In this document: in pieces, positions 1-6,648 of the stretch | Layout of the letters: each line of letters starts with the position of its first letter | How positions within the stretch are numbered: the first letter of the stretch is position 1 | Source: a virus | Taxonomy: Duplodnaviria; Heunggongvirae; Uroviricota; Caudoviricetes | Virus record (IMG/VR): IMGVR_UViG_3300045988_002471 | Span: 1 to 41,003 of that record | Direction: 5' to 3' (one strand) | Length of the DNA: 41,003 bases | The notes under the pieces: model-generated | Told to the model about the DNA's origin: nothing | Databases searched by the model: none | What the model saw: the letters and a program-made list of their open reading frames with translations, nothing else | Made by a program: the position numbers and the translations under genes

Positions 1-55
1 ATGCGCCGCGCGTACAAAGACGGTTAATTCTGTACTGGCGGAAGAACTTGAAGAC
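1..55. repeat. 55-bp direct duplication of window end (identical to 40949..41003); circular closure / terminal redundancy
   Basis: Bases 1..55 are identical to 40949..41003 by direct reading; an ORF reads through the junction in frame. Confidence 0.9.
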
Positions 56-436
56 GACTTTGTGCTGGAACTGACGACGGAGCAACTCGTAGTTGAGTAT
101 GAGAAGTTGCCGCTGTTACGCCAGCACATCGACAAGGTTGAGAAAGCGATGTCCGCCGCATTGCATTCCGGTAAGAAAGTGCCAGGGTACAAACTGGTAG
201 AAGGTCGCCCGGGTAATCGTGCGTGGAAAGATGCCGATGCGATTGAAGTGTCACACGGCGACATTCTCAAAAAAGAGGTATTGATGTCCCCTACGGAGGC
301 AGCAAAAGTTCTTTCTGCGGATGAGATGGCAGCGCTTGAGCCGTTTATTACCCGTAAGCCAGGTGCACCATGTGTCGCAACGGCAGACGACAAACGTCCT
401 GAGTGGAATCAGGTTAGTGAAGAAGATTTGGAATAA
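1..436 (+). CDS. C-terminal part of the Cas4-like exonuclease that starts at 40101 (partial in this window)
   Basis: Frame continues from 41003 through the duplicated 55 bp into track ORF 62..436; stop at 434..436. Confidence 0.6.
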   Translation, partial: CAARTKTVNSVLAEELEDDFVLELTTEQLVVEYEKLPLLRQHIDKVEKAMSAALHSGKKVPGYKLVEGRPGNRAWKDADAIEVSHGDILKKEVLMSPTEAAKVLSADEMAALEPFITRKPGAPCVATADDKRPEWNQVSEEDLE

Positions 437-441
437 AGTGT

Positions 442-470
442 TGACACCCGAATAGTTAGCTATTATAGTT
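442..470 (+). promoter_or_regulatory. Sigma70-like promoter TTGACA-N17-TATAGT with embedded operator GAATAGTTAGCTATTA (451..466)
   Basis: -35 at 442..447, -10 at 465..470; near-identical to promoter/operator at 39210..39238. Confidence 0.6.
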
Positions 471-522
471 CTAATCACTGGCCGGGCAGTTCCCGGAGTA
501 AACTGAAAAGCGAGAAATCACG

Positions 523-1149
523 ATGGGTATTAAACTGAATCTGCGTAAAGTAAACACTGCATGGGTTAACGTATTCGAACGCGAAAAAGACCGTGAAAAC
601 GATGATGGCTCAATCACTAAAGGCCAGTACAGCGCGACTATCATCCTGCCGTCTGACCACGCACAAATCGACGCGCTCTACGACACCGTTTACGCTGTGG
701 TTGAAGAAGCGTTGGGCGCAGCTGCCGCTGAGAAGTGGATGAAGTCCAACTATGGCGAAGGTAAGCACATGGATAAATGTGCGATTAAAGACATTACCGA
801 GCGCGACAATCCGTTTGAAGACTTCCCGGAAGGCTTCTACTTCAAGGCGAAGGCACAGAAACAGCCACTGATTGTAACCTCTAAAAAAGGCGAGACTCAG
901 GTAGAACAGGACTTCAATGTAGACGGCGAACAGATTGAAGGTGAACAGGTTTACAGCGGCTGCGTCGCTAACGTAAGCGTTGAAATCTGGTTCAGCCAGA
1001 AATATAAAGTTCTCGGGGTTAACCTGCTGGCGATTAAATACGTAGGCGAAGGTAAAGCGTTCGGTGGTTCTAAAGTCGCTGCAAGCGTCGATGACCTTGA
1101 AGACGATGAAGAGGATGAAGCACCGCGCCGCGAACGTCGTCGCCGTTAA
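523..1149 (+). CDS. Phage single-strand DNA-binding protein-like (DUF2815-like), acidic C-terminal tail
   Basis: 208-aa ORF next to the DUF2800-like exonuclease; MGIKL start and DDLEDDEEDE tail; family assignment from memory. Confidence 0.5.
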   Translation: MGIKLNLRKVNTAWVNVFEREKDRENDDGSITKGQYSATIILPSDHAQIDALYDTVYAVVEEALGAAAAEKWMKSNYGEGKHMDKCAIKDITERDNPFEDFPEGFYFKAKAQKQPLIVTSKKGETQVEQDFNVDGEQIEGEQVYSGCVANVSVEIWFSQKYKVLGVNLLAIKYVGEGKAFGGSKVAASVDDLEDDEEDEAPRRERRRR

Positions 1150-1168
1150 TATCTGAATCAATTTAACT

Positions 1169-1192
1169 AAGGCCCTTCATTGGGCCTTTTTA
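1169..1192 (+). terminator. Rho-independent terminator hairpin (AAGGCCC-ttcatt-GGGCCTT + T-run)
   Basis: GC stem followed by TTTTTA directly after the SSB-like gene. Confidence 0.6.
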
Positions 1193-1203
1193 CCGGAGTC
1201 AGA

Positions 1204-1677
1204 ATGGAACATATAAAAGATTTTCTAAGCTACGACCGAGAAACCGGGGTATTCACGTGGATACAGCCTACTTACCGTCGAGGGCGACCGGGAGACATCG
1301 CGGGGTGCATCAATAGTAGTGGATACTGGCGAATTCCGTACATGGGTCGATATTACATGGCGCACAGGCTGGCGTGGTTTTTCGAGTATGGTGAATGGCC
1401 CGAAGGTCCTCTTGATCATATAAACCGTGACAGGTTAGACAATAGGATTTCTAACCTAAGGAAAGCAACAACCGCCGATAATGTGCGAAACGCTAAAAAT
1501 AAGGGAGCTAGAACAGGAGTAAAGGGAGTAGTTAAAAACGGCAACCGATTTTACGGGCGTGTGCATTTTAACTACAAAAGTTATAACGCCGGTAGCTACG
1601 GAACTCTTGAAGAAGCAGAAAGCGCTGTAAAGAAATTAAGAGAAAAACTGCACAAGGAATTTTATTGCCATGACTAG
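1204..1677 (+). CDS. HNH homing endonuclease with C-terminal AP2 domain
   Basis: DHINRDRLDNRISNL HNH motif and GVKGV...GRVHFNYKSYNAGSYGTLEEA AP2-like region; start moved to ATG 1204 after RBS GGAG because the track start lies in the terminator. Confidence 0.75.
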   Translation: MEHIKDFLSYDRETGVFTWIQPTYRRGRPGDIAGCINSSGYWRIPYMGRYYMAHRLAWFFEYGEWPEGPLDHINRDRLDNRISNLRKATTADNVRNAKNKGARTGVKGVVKNGNRFYGRVHFNYKSYNAGSYGTLEEAESAVKKLREKLHKEFYCHD

Positions 1678-3847
1678 TTTATTATACCTGGATACCGAGA
1701 CGTTCTCTGGAGCGGACTTAAAGAAAGTCGGGTCGTATGCGTACGCGGAGCACCCGACGACAGAGGTTATAATTTGCACATATGCCGTTGATGATGGTCC
1801 TGTAGAAGTATGGGATTGCACTTCCGAAACAGTAATGCCAATAAGCCTCCGTGTTGCGCTCCGTAATGTTATGCGCGGACGTATGAAAATCGTGGGCCAT
1901 AACTTTTTAATGTTCGACCGTCTCATCATGAAGCACTGCTGGGGTTTTGATATTCCCGTAAGCAACACCATTGATACGATGATTTGGGCGTTTCGTCACG
2001 CGCTGCCGGGTTCACTCGACGCATTGTGCGAAGTGCTTGGCGTGTCTGCAGACAACGCGAAAGACAAACGAGGCAAAGCGCTTATTCAGCGTTTCTCTAA
2101 ACCGACGCCGAAGAACTACAAAATTCGCCGCTACACTGCTGAAACGCACCCGGATGAGTGGGCGCTGTTCATCAAGTACGCCGTTAGCGACATCACCGCG
2201 ATGCGTGAGGTCTTCCATAAGTTGCCGCGTTGGGGTAACTCAGAGTTTGAAGACCGTGTACTGGAACTGGACCAGTTAATTAACGACCGCGGGTTTAAGG
2301 TCGACGTTGCGCTGGCGGAAGCCGCAATTGAAGCTGTGGAGAAACACAAGGCACAGTTACAGGAAGAAGCCCAACGTAAATACGGCGGCTCGCTTACAGG
2401 TAAGGACTTCCTGCCGATTCTGCGTGAACTGGCGCCTGCGCATCGCATCCACAACGCGCAGAAGTCTACGCTTAACGACCTGCTTGCTGACGATGATTTA
2501 CCGGACGACGCCCGCACGATTATAGAAATGCGCCTCGGGGCGGCATCCACTGCGTCAACGAAATATAACCCGCTGCTGTTAGGCCGCTCGTCTGACGACC
2601 GCCGTCGCGGTTGCATCCAGTATGGTGGAGCTAAACGTACGTTACGATTTGCTGGTAAAGGCTTCCAGCCGCAGAACCTGGCGCGTGGGTACTATCACGA
2701 TGATGAACTGGATAAAGGTATTTCAGCATTACTTAAGGGCCGAGCACATCGCCGTTTTGATGTAGCCAAGCTAACGGCATCTACGGTTCGCAGCTGCATT
2801 ATCCCGGAAGCCGGACATAAGTTTGTCGTCGCCGACTACTCGAACGTTGAAGGCCGCGGGCTTGCGTGGCTGGCGGGGGAAGAAACCGCGCTAGATACGT
2901 TCCGTGCCGGACTGGATATTTACTGCGTAACCGCGGGTAAGATGTTCGGTATGGAGCCGGATTACATTAAGAAAGAACGTAAAGATTTGCGCCAGATTGG
3001 TAAGGCCTGCGAACTTGGGCTTGGCTATGCGGGCGGTGTCGGCGCATTCGTACAGTTCGCCAAGAACCTTGGCCTTGACCTGGTTGATATGGCAAAAACA
3101 ATGGATGGGACTTTCCCCGACCACATCTGGGCCGCTACCTCACGTGGATATGAGTGGGCGCGTATTCAGGAAGCCAAGCGACCACCACGTCCAGGTGAAA
3201 AGGATGACCGACCATCATATATTCTTGATAAGAAAGTGTGGCGTACCTGTGACGCTATCAAGCGTATGTGGCGTGAGTCACACCCGGAAACAGTAGCTTT
3301 CTGGCGGGATATTGAAGACGCAGCTATGGCAGCTATCCGCAATCCGGGCAAAGAGTTCACCGCAGGGCCGCGGGGAGTTAAGTTTTCGCGCAACGTAGAA
3401 ACGGACAACAACGGCAACAAAGTCGCCGGTTGGTGGTTGCGGATGACGTTGCCGTCGGGCCGCGTTATGTCTTATCCGGGTGTTGGGCTAAGCGTGTCGA
3501 AAGAGACAGACGAAGACGGGAAGGTGTCTACCAACGTGCGCATCAAGTACCAGGGCGAAAACCAGTTAACCCGTCAGTGGGGCTTCCAGTACACCTACTC
3601 TGGTAAACTGGTGGAAAACTGCACTCAGGCGCTGTGCCGTGATTTGTTGGCTAATGCACTGCTGAACGTCGAAGCAAACGGCTACCCGATTGTGCTTCAT
3701 GTTCACGATGAGATTATCTGCGAGACACCAGATTTACCAGAATACAATGTCGCAGAACTGGAACGATTGATGTGCGAATTACCAGAGTGGGCCGAGGGGT
3801 TCCCTCTTGTAGCAGAAGGCGCGGAGATGAAGCGTTATGCCAAGTAA
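1670..3847 (+). CDS. DNA polymerase, family A (Pol I-like) with 3'-5' exonuclease domain
   Basis: 725 aa; N-terminal LYLDTETF Exo I motif; C-terminal polymerase region with HVHDEI; start overlaps HNH stop. Confidence 0.85.
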   Translation: MTSLLYLDTETFSGADLKKVGSYAYAEHPTTEVIICTYAVDDGPVEVWDCTSETVMPISLRVALRNVMRGRMKIVGHNFLMFDRLIMKHCWGFDIPVSNTIDTMIWAFRHALPGSLDALCEVLGVSADNAKDKRGKALIQRFSKPTPKNYKIRRYTAETHPDEWALFIKYAVSDITAMREVFHKLPRWGNSEFEDRVLELDQLINDRGFKVDVALAEAAIEAVEKHKAQLQEEAQRKYGGSLTGKDFLPILRELAPAHRIHNAQKSTLNDLLADDDLPDDARTIIEMRLGAASTASTKYNPLLLGRSSDDRRRGCIQYGGAKRTLRFAGKGFQPQNLARGYYHDDELDKGISALLKGRAHRRFDVAKLTASTVRSCIIPEAGHKFVVADYSNVEGRGLAWLAGEETALDTFRAGLDIYCVTAGKMFGMEPDYIKKERKDLRQIGKACELGLGYAGGVGAFVQFAKNLGLDLVDMAKTMDGTFPDHIWAATSRGYEWARIQEAKRPPRPGEKDDRPSYILDKKVWRTCDAIKRMWRESHPETVAFWRDIEDAAMAAIRNPGKEFTAGPRGVKFSRNVETDNNGNKVAGWWLRMTLPSGRVMSYPGVGLSVSKETDEDGKVSTNVRIKYQGENQLTRQWGFQYTYSGKLVENCTQALCRDLLANALLNVEANGYPIVLHVHDEIICETPDLPEYNVAELERLMCELPEWAEGFPLVAEGAEMKRYAK

Positions 3848-3968
3848 ACTGATTATCGCGGTACTGGCGGGATTTGCTGCCGGTGTCTACTGTCACGAGG
3901 GTCAATACGGCATGATGGTTGCTATATTGGGTATGTTCATCGCAATTTATCTGTGGGTGCTGGAATGA
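3837..3968 (+). CDS. Small hydrophobic protein (43 aa), putative membrane peptide
   Basis: Own translation MPSKLIIAVLAGFAAGVYCHEGQYGMMVAILGMFIAIYLWVLE; below the ORF-track size cutoff. Confidence 0.3.
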   Translation: MPSKLIIAVLAGFAAGVYCHEGQYGMMVAILGMFIAIYLWVLE

Positions 3969-4063
3969 AAATCTACTGGTTTTATGAAGAAGACTGTCGA
4001 ATCTGTCCGCGCTGCGGTATTGAACATACGAAACGTGAGGGGTGTATAGATGAGTACGCCTGA
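3965..4063 (+). CDS. Small CxxC...CxxC zinc-ribbon-like peptide (32 aa)
   Basis: Own translation MKIYWFYEEDCRICPRCGIEHTKREGCIDEYA; ATGA overlap with upstream stop; overlaps VRR-NUC start. Confidence 0.25.
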   Translation: MKIYWFYEEDCRICPRCGIEHTKREGCIDEYA

Positions 4064-4355
4064 GGGGCGCATCCAGAAATACGCAAAAGAGCGATTCGAG
4101 GCCCTCGGTGGCCTCGTTCGAAAGCTGTCTTATGAGGGGCGCTCAGGCGCCCCCGACCTGCTGGTAATTCTTCCCGGCGGCATCGTCTGGTTCGTCGAGG
4201 TTAAGAAAGACGAAAACACGAAGCCAGACCCGCACCAGATACGTGAGCACGAGCGGATGCGTAAACGCGGTGCAAATGTTTTTGTAGTTGGTTCGCTCAA
4301 ACAGGTTGACGACCTAATAGCAAACTATTATAGTAGTCATACACCAACAATATAA
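4050..4355 (+). CDS. VRR-NUC domain nuclease (PD-(D/E)XK)
   Basis: 101 aa with GAPDLLVI...VWFVEVKK (D...E-V-K) core; RBS GAGGGG upstream. Confidence 0.7.
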   Translation: MSTPEGRIQKYAKERFEALGGLVRKLSYEGRSGAPDLLVILPGGIVWFVEVKKDENTKPDPHQIREHERMRKRGANVFVVGSLKQVDDLIANYYSSHTPTI

Positions 4356-4366
4356 GGAATTGAGAA

Positions 4367-4561
4367 ATGAAACACGAATACGACCGCAAACCAGCACGTG
4401 ACATCGTACCTGGCGACATGATTTTCAACGTTAAGACCCGTCGCCCTGTTGCCGTTGATACGGTGTTCGTCGAGTCGAACGGTAAACTGGTTATCGAAGA
4501 TGTAACGGGCAACGTTACCGCGTTCGGGCGTAAAGAGCTGGTACTCTACGTTAAGGATTGA
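4367..4561 (+). CDS. Hypothetical protein (64 aa)
   Basis: ORF with RBS AAGGA; between VRR-NUC and helicase. Confidence 0.45.
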   Translation: MKHEYDRKPARDIVPGDMIFNVKTRRPVAVDTVFVESNGKLVIEDVTGNVTAFGRKELVLYVKD

Positions 4562-4563
4562 GC

Positions 4564-5988
4564 ATGTCTAAATTTATCCGTCGAGAGTACCAGAAGCTCA
4601 TGACTTCGTTCATGTTGCAACACCCTCGCTGTAATATCTGGTGCGGCATGGGAGGGGGTAAAACCTCCTCTACTATGTGGGTGCTAAATCGACTGTTCCG
4701 TAATGGGCAACTTAATGACGACGACCGAGTGTTAATTCTGGCCCCTTTACGTGTTGCGTCCGGTACGTGGCCCGCAGAACAAGAGAAATGGAACTTCCCT
4801 TGTCTGCGTGTCGTCGATGCGACCGGTTCAGAGAAGCGCCGCATCGCGGCGCTGGAGTCAGATGCTAACGTGGTGTGCACAAACTACGAAGTTATCGAGT
4901 GGCTGATTGACTACTACGGCAAAGACGACTGGCCTTTTACGGTTATCGTTGCTGATGAGAGCACGAAGCTGAAATCTTTCCGTAGCCGTTCTGGAGGAAG
5001 CAAACGGGCTAAGGCGCTAAGCAAAGTGGCGTTCGGAAAGGTTAAGCGTTTCATTAACCTGACAGGCACACCGTCGCCGAACGGCCTCAAGGACTTGTGG
5101 GGGCAGAACTGGTTTATCGACGCTGGCGAGCGCCTTGGTTCTTCGTACACGGCATTCACCGACCGCTGGTTTAACTCAGTACAGAAAGGCAAGTCGGCGA
5201 TGGCGCGGGAGTACCACGCACGCCCGGGCGCGGATAATGAAATTCACCAGAAGATGAAAGACATAAGCCTCACTATTGACGCCGCTGAGTGGTTCGGGTG
5301 TGAAGCGCCGATTATTGTTCCGGTTGAAATCGACCTGCCGAAGAAAGCACGTCAGGCGTACATCGATATGGAGGAGAAGTTATTCGCGGAACTTGAGAGC
5401 GGGGAAGTGGAAGCTGCTAACGCTGCTGCGAAGACGTCGAAGTGCTTGCAAATTGCATCCGGTGCCGTATATGTATCGGGGCCAGACGGCGAAGCAACCA
5501 AAGAATGGGAGAAAGTGCACGACACGAAACTGGACGCGCTTGAGTCGATTGTGGAGGAGTTACAGGGTGCGCCGCTGCTTGTGGCCTATCAGTTCAAGCA
5601 CGAACTGGAGCGTATCCTTAAGCGATTCCCACAAGCACAGGCGTTTGCCAAAGGAGCGAAGGGTAATAAGCAGATGGAAGCGTGGAATCGTGGAGAAATC
5701 GAAATCTTATGCGTACATCCTGCGTCAGCGGGCCACGGCATATCGCTACAAGACGGCGGCCATCATATGGCGTTTTTCAGTCAGGGATGGAACCTCGAAC
5801 ACTATTTGCAGGTTATCGAGCGTATAGGTCCAACACGGCAAAAGCAATCTGGGTACAATCGCACCGTTTTTATCTACAAGATTATCGCTAAAGATACGTT
5901 GGATGAAGTAGTTGCGGCTCGTACCGACGAGAAAAAACAAGTACAAGACATACTACTAGAGTATATGAAGCGCAGAGGTAAAAAATGA
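4564..5988 (+). CDS. SNF2/DEAD-like superfamily 2 DNA helicase
   Basis: GMGGGKT Walker A-like, VIVADESTKLK DExx box, LTGTPSPN motif; start set to ATG 4564 after RBS AAGGA. Confidence 0.8.
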   Translation: MSKFIRREYQKLMTSFMLQHPRCNIWCGMGGGKTSSTMWVLNRLFRNGQLNDDDRVLILAPLRVASGTWPAEQEKWNFPCLRVVDATGSEKRRIAALESDANVVCTNYEVIEWLIDYYGKDDWPFTVIVADESTKLKSFRSRSGGSKRAKALSKVAFGKVKRFINLTGTPSPNGLKDLWGQNWFIDAGERLGSSYTAFTDRWFNSVQKGKSAMAREYHARPGADNEIHQKMKDISLTIDAAEWFGCEAPIIVPVEIDLPKKARQAYIDMEEKLFAELESGEVEAANAAAKTSKCLQIASGAVYVSGPDGEATKEWEKVHDTKLDALESIVEELQGAPLLVAYQFKHELERILKRFPQAQAFAKGAKGNKQMEAWNRGEIEILCVHPASAGHGISLQDGGHHMAFFSQGWNLEHYLQVIERIGPTRQKQSGYNRTVFIYKIIAKDTLDEVVAARTDEKKQVQDILLEYMKRRGKK

Positions 5989-6482
5989 CCTATTGGAATG
6001 AGCTTTTTAATTACGACCCTAATACCGGGGTACTATCATGGAAAAAGTGGCGTAGGGGTGCAAAAAGAAGTTTAGTAGCGGGCACAAAGGAGCGTGACGG
6101 GTATGTGCGTGTGAAACATAAAAACAAGCATATCCCCGTTCACAGAATAATTTGGGATATGTGCAACCCTAATGATGTTCTGACTCCCGGATTCGAGATA
6201 GACCATATAAATCACATAAGGGATGACAATAGAATATTAAACTTGAGAAAAGTAGTTAAGATTGATAACAACCGCAACACGACAAGAAACAAGGCTAATA
6301 CTTCTGGGGTTGTAGGTGTACATTTTAACCGTTCGAGAGGTAAATGGGTCGCCGTTATCTACGACAATCGTAAGCTCGTTTTCTTGGGGCACTTCTCTGA
6401 TTTCAAAGACGCTGTTGCTGTCAGGAAAGCAGCGGAAATAAAATACAATTACCACGAAAACCACGGGTCAGAAAAACCATGA
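5985..6482 (+). CDS. HNH homing endonuclease with AP2 domain (paralog of 1204..1677)
   Basis: IDHINHIRDDNRILNL HNH motif plus SGVVGVHFNRSRGKWVAVI AP2-like region. Confidence 0.75.
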   Translation: MTYWNELFNYDPNTGVLSWKKWRRGAKRSLVAGTKERDGYVRVKHKNKHIPVHRIIWDMCNPNDVLTPGFEIDHINHIRDDNRILNLRKVVKIDNNRNTTRNKANTSGVVGVHFNRSRGKWVAVIYDNRKLVFLGHFSDFKDAVAVRKAAEIKYNYHENHGSEKP

Positions 6483-6616
6483 ACATCATAGCCCCGATTC
6501 CGGCATTGCAAAAACGTATCAAGGAACTCGAAGAAGAGGTTCTACGACTACGGCAGCAAAGAGACGCCGCTAATGCACAACTGGCGTTCATACTGGAGAA
6601 GTTATCTGAAGGGTAG
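6479..6616 (+). CDS. Small coiled-coil protein (45 aa)
   Basis: Own translation MNIIAPIPALQKRIKELEEEVLRLRQQRDAANAQLAFILEKLSEG; ATGA coupling to HNH stop. Confidence 0.3.
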   Translation: MNIIAPIPALQKRIKELEEEVLRLRQQRDAANAQLAFILEKLSEG

Positions 6617-6620
6617 AGAA

Positions 6621-6648
6621 AAGGCCCCGTTTGGGGCCTTAGTTTTAT
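6621..6648 (+). terminator. Rho-independent terminator (AAGGCCCC-gttt-GGGGCCTT + T-run) ending the plus-strand early operon; convergent with tailspike 3' end
   Basis: Perfect 8-bp GC stem then AGTTTTATTT. Confidence 0.7.

Noticed and set aside
5276-5827. 183-aa alternate-frame ORF inside the helicase gene
   Set aside because: Same strand but a different frame from a gene with clear helicase motifs; Arg/Ser-rich, no start context.
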